Below the pieces are notes generated by a model. The model was not told the DNA's origin and searched no databases. It saw only the letters and a program-made list of their open reading frames with translations. DNA of 64,000 nucleotides from the NCBI GenBank assembly GCA_050294405.1, contig JBNKOC010000030.1, forward strand, positions 1 through 64,000. Reading direction: 5' to 3'. The position numbers were made by a program, and so were the translations under genes. This DNA is from Fibrobacteria bacterium (GTDB taxonomy: Bacteria > Fibrobacterota > Fibrobacteria > UBA11236 > JADFYW01). Below, one piece after another: positions 51,569-60,734 of the stretch. Position 1 is the first letter of the stretch, and every line of letters starts with the position of its first letter.

Positions 51569-51999
51569 ATAAAGTGCTAATTATTGACGATGCCAAGCCT
51601 TTGCTTAATATAATGCAGCTCAGGCTAAAAAACGATTTTAAAGTGATAACCTCATTAAGTAGTGTTGATGGAATAAAAATGATTGTCAAGGAAAATCCGG
51701 ATGTGCTCGTTATTGATTTAATGATGCCCCAAATTAATGGAATTCAAATTTTGCAAAGCTTAAAAAATAAAAATAATTATGTTCCAGTTATTGTGCTAAC
51801 TAGTGCCAAACATAGCCCTATGGTTGATGAAGCTTATGCTTTAGGCGCCAAAAAAGTACTGTTTAAGCCCTGCAATTTTAGCGATTTAATTTCCACCATC
51901 AAAATTGTTATTGAAGAATCTGTGATTACCGGAGACGAATTGGCTGAACTTGAAAACCTGGTGAAGGAAATACTGTTACAAGAAAAAGGCGAAAATTGA
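51565..51999 (+). CDS. Response regulator receiver protein
   Basis: IIDD, VIDLMMP, VLTS, FKP; ATGA-type overlap with the FapA gene end. Confidence 0.9.
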   Translation: MNKVLIIDDAKPLLNIMQLRLKNDFKVITSLSSVDGIKMIVKENPDVLVIDLMMPQINGIQILQSLKNKNNYVPVIVLTSAKHSPMVDEAYALGAKKVLFKPCNFSDLISTIKIVIEESVITGDELAELENLVKEILLQEKGEN

Positions 52000-52002
52000 A
52001 TA

Positions 52003-52392
52003 ATGGCAAAGTTTTTAATTGTTGATGATGAGTCCGTAAATACCAAACTTTTAGAAAGAATATTAGTTGAATTTGGGGAATGTGTTTGCTGCCATTCAGG
52101 TGGAGAAGCTTTGGATGAAATTGTCAAAGCTTCGCGAGAAAAAAATAATTTCGATGCGATTTTTCTGGATATTATGATGCCTCGAATGGATGGTCATGAG
52201 ATCTTAAGAATATTGAGGAAAATAGAGTCTGAACATATGTTAAATAAATCAATAGTATTTATGGTCACAGCATTGGACGATGCTGATTCCGTCATGGATT
52301 CGTTTATGGCAGATTGCCAGGAGTATCTTATTAAACCTGTTGAGAAGAAAAAATTAATACGTAAGTTAAACAAATATGGAATAAGCGAATAG
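52003..52392 (+). CDS. Response regulator receiver protein (CheY-like)
   Basis: IVDD, FLDIMMP, MVTA, YLIKP. Confidence 0.92.
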   Translation: MAKFLIVDDESVNTKLLERILVEFGECVCCHSGGEALDEIVKASREKNNFDAIFLDIMMPRMDGHEILRILRKIESEHMLNKSIVFMVTALDDADSVMDSFMADCQEYLIKPVEKKKLIRKLNKYGISE

Positions 52393-52807
52393 ATAATTAA
52401 ACCCAGAAACAATCTTGCTCACTTTTTATTTGAATATTTTCACCATTTTATACCGAAGGTTGGGAAAAAATTTTGGAAAATTGGAAGGGCACACCCGCTT
52501 CTTCCTTAGCTATTTTGCATCGTTTAGCATCCGGTTCTAAAAATTTGGATTTTTAAGCTCCGGAGGGCCAGCGCTAGAAGTAGCATTGCCAACAGTATCA
52601 ATTAGAAGTAGAACCCATGCTTGTTATGATTTTGAAGGTTGCAAAACCAAGTTGGATAGTCGATGAGTCCTGGAAATTCTTTTCTCAATTTTAAAAAGGG
52701 GTTTTGGTACTCCCCTAAACCATAAGTAATTGTGGTTTTTCTCAAATCTGGCCTTAACAGCCTAAAAATCCTAAGTTTATTTGGAACAACCTTTAAGGGG
52801 AACTATT

Positions 52808-53290
52808 ATGCCAAAAAATACTTCAATTGAAATAGGAATTTCAGATGGAGATAGAAAAAAAATCAGCGAAGGATTAAATAAAGTTTTAGCTGACAGTTAC
52901 ACCCTTTACCTTAAAACCCATTATTATCATTGGAATGTAACCGGGCCTATGTTTCAAACTTTGCATTTGATGTTTGAAACTCACTATAATGAATTGGCTT
53001 TGGCTGTTGATTTAATTGCCGAACGAATCAGGTCTTTAGGCCACGTGGCCCCGGGTACCTATTCGGAGTTTGCCAAACTTGGCAGCATATCAGAAGATAA
53101 AGGGGTTCCAAAAGCTAAAGACATGATCAAAAATTTGGTAAAAGGACATGAAGCTGTTGCCAAAACAGTTAGAGGTTGCTTTCCAACTGCAGAAAAAGCC
53201 TCTGACCAAGCTACCATGGATTTATTGACCCAGCGTCTTCAGGTTCATGAAAAGACGGCCTGGATGCTGCGAAGCTTATTAGAAGATTAA
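52808..53290 (+). CDS. dps: Dps family ferritin-like DNA protection protein
   Basis: [49 protein letters not shown] before ATG 52808. Confidence 0.96.
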   Translation: MPKNTSIEIGISDGDRKKISEGLNKVLADSYTLYLKTHYYHWNVTGPMFQTLHLMFETHYNELALAVDLIAERIRSLGHVAPGTYSEFAKLGSISEDKGVPKAKDMIKNLVKGHEAVAKTVRGCFPTAEKASDQATMDLLTQRLQVHEKTAWMLRSLLED

Positions 53291-53384
53291 AGAGCTTTGT
53301 GTCGGAATTAAAAAAAAGGTTTCCTTTTTTGTAAAAAAAATGAGCGAAAATTGTCCGTTGAAGCGTCTAATTATTAATAGACCT

Positions 53385-53483
53385 ATTTAAAAAATCAGCT
53401 TCTGATATTGGAGAGTTGGTTTTCTGACAAATTTCGCGCAACCAATAACTAATCTAAGGCCTTTCTTCGGAAAGGCCTTTTTT
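53385..53483 (+). ncRNA. Candidate small RNA between dps and the FISUMP lipoprotein gene
   Basis: Stem GAT...AGTTGGTT / AACCAATAACTAATC with bulged GGAG, directly followed by a perfect terminator; 5' end uncertain. Confidence 0.45.
53456..53483 (+). terminator. Intrinsic terminator with cUUCGg tetraloop
   Basis: AAGGCCTTTC-TTCG-GAAAGGCCTT perfect 10-bp stem plus T-tract. Confidence 0.9.
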
Positions 53484-53595
53484 GTTTATTTCTGACAATT
53501 TTACATGGATGCTTTTGGAGCCAAAATTTTGAATATCAGTTATATTTTACGGCAGCGACAAATTTGACCTATTTAAATATGAAAAACGGCTAAAA

Positions 53596-56500
53596 ATGAA
53601 CAAATCTGCCCCCAACTTTAAATCTTTATTTCTATTTCTGATATTCTCATGCCTTGCTGGTTTTGCGTTTTTGAGTTGTCTGCACATTTCAGAAAGCGAC
53701 ACTGTACAGGTTCGATTTTCCAATCCCAATGAAAACTCAATCCAGGATAATATTGAAAGCATAAAAGTATTGCTGGCATATGACAATGGGGATACCCTGG
53801 TAATTTTCGAGGGAAGTAAAGAGTCAACCGGATTTTTGGGTCCCTGGGAAGCCAGTTCCAAAAAGTCTAATGTGGTGTTGATAATTATTCAGTATGATAT
53901 TAATGGGCTGGAAATATCAAATGAAAAATACAGCTATACATTTAAAAATAAAACGTTTGTTATTGATCCAAAGTTGGAAATTACTCCAAGCAAGCTATCA
54001 TTGCAAGCAGGCGCAGAACCCATTCAATTAGCATATAAGTTATTTCCTTCATCTTTAGAATTGCCTATTCAGTGGAGTTCCAGCAACCCAGAGTTTGCTT
54101 CAGTTACAAACCAGGGTATCATAACTCCACTTAAAGAGGGAACTTTGCAAATAATAGGGGCGGCGGATGATCTTACAGATACTTGTTATGTTACGGTGCT
54201 ATCCCAAGCTCAAGATAAAGATACCTTGACCATATTATCTCCTCTGGAAAATGTTTTGGCGAGTGCTGGGGAAAATGCGGAATTTAAAATAATGGCAGAA
54301 GGTGAAAGTATATCTTACCGTTGGAGCTTGGATGGAGAAATAGTAGAAGGTCAAGTTGGTTCCACTTTTACCCTTTCTGCTGTTGGCCTTGAATTAAACA
54401 ATGCCAAAATTTCGGTAGAAGTATATACAAAGGATACAGCAGTTGTTGAGGTCGCAAACTTATATGTGATTAATCCCTCAGATCCGCTGGCATTCGTTGA
54501 GAAAATTCCAGACTATTCTCTTTCCGAGGGTCAGAGCGTTTCCATTAAGGCACTTGTGAATAAATTATCCGGGGTGAGTTATTCATGGGAAAAAGAAGGA
54601 AATGTGGTTTCCAGTGAGGCAGGCTATTCAATAGCCTCTTTTAGTGAATTGGATACTGGTTTATACATTATTAATGTGGCGTGGGAAGATCAAGTTGTTT
54701 CCGATAGTTTTTTTATGGAACTTACGGAATTGGAATATTTTGAAATAACCGTTGCTCCTGTTGCAAATGGAAAGGTTATGTATATGGATAGCTCAATTTC
54801 AAAGTTATCCATACTTAAAGGGGAAAGTGCGAATTTGGTATTTGAGCCGGACCCGGGGTATGTAATCGATATTATTTCTCTAAATGGAGTTAACAATGAT
54901 GAAGCTGCTTTAAGTGGAGAATTAGCTTTAGAAAATATAAATGAAAACTTTAATATTGTTGCGAGCTTTAAAAAGGCCAGCTATTCCCTAAAAATTTCTT
55001 TAAATGATTCCTCAATGGGCAGTGTTTCTTTGCAACCAAATAGCTCTTTATTTCAATATGGGGACAGCGTTATCCTTGAAGCAATACCTGCCAGCGTAGA
55101 TTATAAATTTACAGGTTGGCTTGGAGACATATCTTCAAATGAAAGTCAGCTGGTTGTTGTAATGGACAAAAATTATGATTTGCAAGCTAACTTTAGTTTA
55201 ATCGGAAAATACAGCATTAATATGTCGGTGTTATCTGGTTTGTCCTCAGGAACTGTAACATTAGACCCAGACAGCAATTCTTACAACAGCGGTACGGTGG
55301 TTAGCCTTATTGCCAGCCCAAAAGAGGGGTGGAAATTTTCTGGATGGGAAGGGGATGATAATCAACTTACCGGGATAGAAAATCCCCTGGAAATAACTGT
55401 GGGACAAACAGACATTAATGGAGCGGCAACGTTTTCTAAAATTCCGATAACTATTGAACTGTCTACTTTGCCAGATTTGGAAAACCCAGGGAACCCTCAG
55501 CCTGGAAAAACGGAATATTTCTGGGGAGACACTATTGCTCTTTCAGCAAATCCTAACACAACAGATGGTTGGATATTTGAACATTGGGAATTAACGGCTT
55601 CGAATGATGGGTTCATTCAATATATAAATAGTGATAGCACCCAGGAGTCTGCAGATCTTTTGGTAAAAGCTGAAACAGTAGGGGCTGTGGCCCATTATAG
55701 TCAAAAGGAATATACGATTACTCCTTCTGTAACCGGGAATGGGAATGTAACCCCTTCAACAGCAACTATAGTGAAACATGGTGGCAATGCAGATTTTCAA
55801 ATAAGCCCAAATTCAAGTTATGAAATTTCAAAAATAACTGTTGATGGTAGTGATTTAAATTTATCGAATTTCAGTGGGACGTATTCATTTGAAAATGTTA
55901 CTTCAGATCATAGTATTGATGTGGTATTTCAAAAAATCACTCACAACATTAGTGTGATTCAGGTAAATAATGGAGAAATACGCATAAATAATTCTGTGGC
56001 TGGTGATTTAACTGAGGTGGATGACGGATCAAACTTAACAGTCACATTTGTTCCAGATAATGGTTATGAAATCACCAATGTTTATATTGATGGTTTGGCG
56101 AATGCCGCAGCAGCTTCACTTGGCTCTTATACTTTCACAAATATTCAGACAAGCCATTCGGTAACGGCATCATTCACCATAAAAAAATATTCTGTCACTT
56201 TCATTGAGGGAACAAATGGTTCCAGGATTGGGGGAGGGGCGTTAAGCCAAACCATAAATCATGGTTCAGCAGCTTCCGCTCCAAGCATGCTGGCAAATGA
56301 AGGTTGGATTTTTGATGGATGGGATATCAGTTTTTCTAATGTAACAACGGACCTCACTATCTCAGCGCAATATTCCCGGCAAACATTTACGGTTACTATT
56401 GCTGCAGCCAATGGGGGTAGCGTTAATCCATCTGGAGCACAAACCGTATTTTACGGTTCTAACCTAAATATTTCGGCATCTCCTTCCCCTTCGTACAATG

Positions 56501-57147
56501 ATTTTGAAAATTGGAGTGTGACCGGTTCTTTAAATGTGACCAATGCAAATTCATCATCCACAACTATTACAAATATTACATCAGATGGAACGGTTACTGC
56601 TAATTTTTGGGTATGCGGCAGAGATAACTTAGTGGACGGCCGATTTGGAAATCAGTCCTATTCAACCGTAGTGGCATCAAGCCAGTGTTGGATGGGGGAA
56701 AATTTTAATGGGGGTACTTATATTAATAGTTCCACTACAACCCAAGATGCTACCAACGGAACAGTTGAAAAATTTTGCTGGAATGATTTTTCATCCCTGT
56801 GTACTCAAAGTGGAGGTATGTATATCTGGTATGAAGCCATGGGTAATAATAGGCAGGCAAAGGCCCAGGGAATCTGTCCGCAAAATTGGCATATTCCTGA
56901 CACTGCAGAAGTTACCTTGCTAATTAACTCCGGGGCAGATATCCAGCAGAATATTGTTGGTACAAGTACGGGAAATGGCGGCTTTGAGAGCGAAGGTTTT
57001 GATAGCGGTTATTGGACTTCCAATTATTCTGATAATGGTACCTTTTTAAATCCCTATTTCTTTAATATCGAAATGGGATTGAGCTCCAGTGGGCATAGAG
57101 CAACCTGGGACTTTTTTGGCCTTAACCTTAGATGCATAAAGGATTAG
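53596..57147 (+). CDS. Large surface lipoprotein: Big_2/Ig-like domains, InlB B-type repeats, C-terminal FISUMP (Fib_succ_major) domain
   Basis: Lipobox FLSC; WSSSNPEFASV (Big_2); repeated GYxF/GWxFxGW...ANF units; YSTVV..QCWMGEN, GGMYIWYEA, QGICPQNWHIP, LRCIKD. Confidence 0.9.
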   Translation: MNKSAPNFKSLFLFLIFSCLAGFAFLSCLHISESDTVQVRFSNPNENSIQDNIESIKVLLAYDNGDTLVIFEGSKESTGFLGPWEASSKKSNVVLIIIQYDINGLEISNEKYSYTFKNKTFVIDPKLEITPSKLSLQAGAEPIQLAYKLFPSSLELPIQWSSSNPEFASVTNQGIITPLKEGTLQIIGAADDLTDTCYVTVLSQAQDKDTLTILSPLENVLASAGENAEFKIMAEGESISYRWSLDGEIVEGQVGSTFTLSAVGLELNNAKISVEVYTKDTAVVEVANLYVINPSDPLAFVEKIPDYSLSEGQSVSIKALVNKLSGVSYSWEKEGNVVSSEAGYSIASFSELDTGLYIINVAWEDQVVSDSFFMELTELEYFEITVAPVANGKVMYMDSSISKLSILKGESANLVFEPDPGYVIDIISLNGVNNDEAALSGELALENINENFNIVASFKKASYSLKISLNDSSMGSVSLQPNSSLFQYGDSVILEAIPASVDYKFTGWLGDISSNESQLVVVMDKNYDLQANFSLIGKYSINMSVLSGLSSGTVTLDPDSNSYNSGTVVSLIASPKEGWKFSGWEGDDNQLTGIENPLEITVGQTDINGAATFSKIPITIELSTLPDLENPGNPQPGKTEYFWGDTIALSANPNTTDGWIFEHWELTASNDGFIQYINSDSTQESADLLVKAETVGAVAHYSQKEYTITPSVTGNGNVTPSTATIVKHGGNADFQISPNSSYEISKITVDGSDLNLSNFSGTYSFENVTSDHSIDVVFQKITHNISVIQVNNGEIRINNSVAGDLTEVDDGSNLTVTFVPDNGYEITNVYIDGLANAAAASLGSYTFTNIQTSHSVTASFTIKKYSVTFIEGTNGSRIGGGALSQTINHGSAASAPSMLANEGWIFDGWDISFSNVTTDLTISAQYSRQTFTVTIAAANGGSVNPSGAQTVFYGSNLNISASPSPSYNDFENWSVTGSLNVTNANSSSTTITNITSDGTVTANFWVCGRDNLVDGRFGNQSYSTVVASSQCWMGENFNGGTYINSSTTTQDATNGTVEKFCWNDFSSLCTQSGGMYIWYEAMGNNRQAKAQGICPQNWHIPDTAEVTLLINSGADIQQNIVGTSTGNGGFESEGFDSGYWTSNYSDNGTFLNPYFFNIEMGLSSSGHRATWDFFGLNLRCIKD

Positions 57148-57283
57148 TAATTATTTAAGCTTACAATCGCATATAGATTTTGTGGCTTATCAATTTTTTG
57201 TTTTACGACAATGCTTGATTTAACCGAAAAGATTCTTGCAGCCTGTCAATAATTCAAATTATAAAGTTCTATTTATTCCAATT

Positions 57284-57676
57284 TTGAAAAAGAATTTATC
57301 AATAACAATAGTTGGCCTGGCACTGGCCACATCCCTCCTCTTTCTATCTTGCATACCTATGGGTTCCAAGACCTATGATGACCTGGAGCCACAGGACATG
57401 CCTGATAATCCCACTTATGAAAGCCACGTAAAGTTTATCATTGAAGAAAAATGCAGCTTGTGCCATTCCTCTGAATCGGGAAGAATGGCTGAAGATATTT
57501 CGTACGATAAATATAGTGATTGTATTCCTAAAAAAGGCGGGCACCGGGGTTGGAAAGGGATTGAGGAAGCCGCAATTGAAGAAAAGTCAATGCCCCCAGG
57601 AAGCAAGGAAAGGTTAACTCCTAAAGAAACAGCTATTTTATTGCGTTGGAAGGAACAAGGTTTTGTTAAAGAATAG
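57284..57676 (+). CDS. Monoheme cytochrome c lipoprotein
   Basis: Lipobox FLSC; PTYE..VK.I.EEKCSLCH; SMPP distal Met candidate; TTG start 57284 or 57236. Confidence 0.85.
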   Translation: MKKNLSITIVGLALATSLLFLSCIPMGSKTYDDLEPQDMPDNPTYESHVKFIIEEKCSLCHSSESGRMAEDISYDKYSDCIPKKGGHRGWKGIEEAAIEEKSMPPGSKERLTPKETAILLRWKEQGFVKE

Positions 57677-59099
57677 CTTGCCACTTGGTGTTTTTTGGAT
57701 GTTGTTTTTGACATCTGAATTATTGGCTCTTCCCCAATATGCAGCCAGGTCGGCCAGAGTTTGTTCCAATTGCCATGTGAACCCCTTAAAAACTCCAACG
57801 CAAAAAGCCTGGGATAACCCTGATTTAAAAGACAGGAAATGCAATATGTCCTGCCAGGGCTGCCATATCAATCCTGCAGGCGGAGGGTTGCGAAACGCTC
57901 CAGGAAGATTTTACGCAATGAGCACGTTGCCCACCTTAGGTGCTAAGTTACGGCCTTACAGGGATGTGGGCAGCAGAGATATAGAATTATTAACCTCAAT
58001 GTTGTCTAATTCTGATTCCGCTTCAACAACCAAGCCAAAAGGCTCAGAAGCCTCTGATTTTTCCAAGGAGGGAAAGTGGTTTTATCCTGATGATTGGCTA
58101 AGTTATGGGTATCCCTTAAAGACAAAATCAAATCAGAGCTCCTACGCTTACCAGCAAGACAGAATGGGACCTATAAATGCGGATCCCTTTCTTACATTGG
58201 GAGCAAACTTTCGTTTAGCTGATTGGTTCGCTTCCGGTGAAAATTTTATTTTCCCCATGCAGGCTGAGGTCGGAGCGGCTATACATCCGGTGGAACATAT
58301 TAGCCTTGCATCCACAGGAGCCTTGCAGGGCAGAACGGAAGGCCTTTCAGGAAAGGATGATCCAGAATATAGTCCAATTAAAATTCAAAATGCTTTTTTA
58401 CTAATCCATGAACTTCCTTTTCAAAGTTATTTTCAGGGAGGTTTGTTTTTACCGGAATTTGGATTGCGTCAGGAAGATCATACCCAGGCCAATCGGAAAT
58501 ATTTTGAAATGGACCCTTCTCTGATTGAAAATCAGGTACAGGGTTTTCAAATTGGTATGGCTCCAAATTATCCATATAGCAGTGTTTCTTTTTTCCAATT
58601 GCAGGATAAAAATTGGAATTCCACGGGCTTGGGAACAGCCTTTAATTTGTATTGGAGGGATGTTAGCTGGGGAGCAGGGGCTTCCTACATGGGCAAGTGG
58701 AGAAAATTTAAGGATGGAGGCGATATTCAGGCGCTAAGTGTTAACGGATATTTTAACCTTTGGAAGTTTTTGCCTAAAACCCGATTTGCGTACCCCATAG
58801 TTATTCAAATGGAATATGTTTACGGTTACAAAAACCGGACGGCTAGCAGTTATAAATCCCAACATGGAAGCTTTGTGCAGTTGGACTATTTGGTCCAGAA
58901 TGGATTGAATTTAAAAGCGAACTTTAGTTTCTATGATGACGATTTACAACTTAAAGAGGACGCTGGCTACCGTGGCGGATTAGGCTTTGACTGGACTATT
59001 TTTAGGGGCCTTCGCTATTCTGTGGAAACCCGGTCATTTCTAACGGAAACGGGTGGGACTAACGCGGACTTGATTATGTTTCTCCACGCGTATTTGTAA
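57663..59099 (+). CDS. Cyc2-like cytochrome c-porin fusion with two CxxCH motifs
   Basis: Signal peptide, ALPQYAAR, CSNCH, CQGCH-INPAGGGLRNAPGRFY, then amphipathic beta-strands, G.FLPEFGLR..DH, C-terminal FLHAYL; overlaps the upstream gene by 14 nt. Confidence 0.75.
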   Translation: MLKNSLPLGVFWMLFLTSELLALPQYAARSARVCSNCHVNPLKTPTQKAWDNPDLKDRKCNMSCQGCHINPAGGGLRNAPGRFYAMSTLPTLGAKLRPYRDVGSRDIELLTSMLSNSDSASTTKPKGSEASDFSKEGKWFYPDDWLSYGYPLKTKSNQSSYAYQQDRMGPINADPFLTLGANFRLADWFASGENFIFPMQAEVGAAIHPVEHISLASTGALQGRTEGLSGKDDPEYSPIKIQNAFLLIHELPFQSYFQGGLFLPEFGLRQEDHTQANRKYFEMDPSLIENQVQGFQIGMAPNYPYSSVSFFQLQDKNWNSTGLGTAFNLYWRDVSWGAGASYMGKWRKFKDGGDIQALSVNGYFNLWKFLPKTRFAYPIVIQMEYVYGYKNRTASSYKSQHGSFVQLDYLVQNGLNLKANFSFYDDDLQLKEDAGYRGGLGFDWTIFRGLRYSVETRSFLTETGGTNADLIMFLHAYL

Positions 59100-59360
59100 A
59101 TCAAAATAAAATGCTTTCGCTGTAGTCTAAAAATATCAATTCCAAGCTTTTCAAATCCAATGGAGAGATCTGCACGGGAGCTTGGTTGCAAATGCAGCCA
59201 TAAACTGCAATATTGGTCAAACTAGTAAAGTAAAAATGCCGCTAATTCCCTGCATCCAAGAAAACTGATAAAAATGACCAAATAGCCTAATAAAATTCAG
59301 GGATTTTAGGCTATATTGAGTTCAAAGTTGCTCATTTTTTTAATTTTATAGCTGGGGTTT

Positions 59361-60722
59361 TTGCTCCGCTATTTTAGGAAAATGATTATCAAGCCATTTG
59401 AATTATTTTGTTTAAAGCCTTTTTTGTGGCTTTTTCTATTTGCAACAAGCCTTATTTCCCAGCCAGCGGATTTCATTTTAATTTTAAAAAGTCCCCAACA
59501 AAATCTCGTAACATCGATAATTGAAGACCATGGCTTAAAAATCAAGTCGCGTATTTTGAGAGATGGAAATTCGCCCATTGTTTCAGTTTACAATAGTTCA
59601 GGAATGTCCATGCTGCAAATGGAAAACATTTTGCAAGGGGATAGCCGAATTCAAATTGTGGAAAAAGAACAGTTGTATAAAATCACATCGGATCCCACGA
59701 ATGATCCTTTGTATAAAGATCAATGGGGCCTTCACAAAAATTCCAGCGCAGAAAGAGGGATAAATTCTGGCGCATCCTGGAGTTTGTATAGGGGAAATGA
59801 ATCAATAGTTATTGCCATTATTGACACTGGTGTTGATTATTTACATCCTGATTTAACCGATAATATGTGGAATAACCCAAAAGAAATTCCCAATAATAAT
59901 ATTGATGATGACAAAAATGGCTACAAAGATGATGTATATGGCTGGGATTTTCACGGTAGAGATGGAAACCCTATGGATGGGAATAGCCATGGCACTTTAG
60001 TAGCCGGAGTAGTAGGCGCCCGGGGTGATAATCATTTAGGAGGTTCGGGAGTAATACAGCGCTGTAAATTAATGGCTCTAAAGGGGCTGTCAGATGACGG
60101 TTTTGGCTATACATCCGATTTAGCGGAAGCCATAATTTATGCCGTAGACAATGGGGCAAGGGTTATTAACGCCAGCTGGGGTGGAGGAGGTTTTTCTCCA
60201 ACTTTATTTGCGGCTTTGGAATATGCAAAATCTCATGATGTTGTTTTCGTAGCTGCAGCGGGTAACTCCAGGAGAAATAACGATGATTTTCCTTTTTACC
60301 CCGCTTCCTATGAGTTAGATAACATTGTATCTGTTGGAGCCACGGAAAAAAATGGGATAAAGGCGGGTTTTTCTCATTTTGGCAAAAACTCAGTGGATAT
60401 ATTTGCACCAGGAGTTGGCATTTTATCTACAGCTCCTGGCGGCGGGTATTTCCCTCAATCCGGCACCAGTCTGGCAGCGCCTTTTGTGACTGGAGCTTTT
60501 GGCCTTTTAATTTCTTCCAGTCCTAATTGGACTTATTTAGATTACCAGAGAGTGATTTATAACACGGTTCATAAATCAGGGGATTTGAATAGTCTTTGTA
60601 AAAGCGGTGGAATATTAGATATATATTCTGCTTTAAATGAACGGCATGAATTTCCGAGAAGGTTGGACAAAAAAACAATTGTTAGAAGTTTGCTTAGTTT
60701 ACATCAGAATAAAAAGCTGTAG
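59361..60722 (+). CDS. Secreted S8 (subtilisin) serine peptidase
   Basis: IIDTGVD, SHGTLVAG, AAAGN, SGTSLAAP; start uncertain (59361 or 59382). Confidence 0.95.
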   Translation: MLRYFRKMIIKPFELFCLKPFLWLFLFATSLISQPADFILILKSPQQNLVTSIIEDHGLKIKSRILRDGNSPIVSVYNSSGMSMLQMENILQGDSRIQIVEKEQLYKITSDPTNDPLYKDQWGLHKNSSAERGINSGASWSLYRGNESIVIAIIDTGVDYLHPDLTDNMWNNPKEIPNNNIDDDKNGYKDDVYGWDFHGRDGNPMDGNSHGTLVAGVVGARGDNHLGGSGVIQRCKLMALKGLSDDGFGYTSDLAEAIIYAVDNGARVINASWGGGGFSPTLFAALEYAKSHDVVFVAAAGNSRRNNDDFPFYPASYELDNIVSVGATEKNGIKAGFSHFGKNSVDIFAPGVGILSTAPGGGYFPQSGTSLAAPFVTGAFGLLISSSPNWTYLDYQRVIYNTVHKSGDLNSLCKSGGILDIYSALNERHEFPRRLDKKTIVRSLLSLHQNKKL

Positions 60723-60734
60723 AAAGAGGGCATA

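Noticed and set aside
52393..52807. 415-nt intergenic region before dps
   Set aside because: No credible ORF, tRNA or strong structure; only a short AGAAGTAG duplication and a weak AAACCA/TGGTTT inverted repeat
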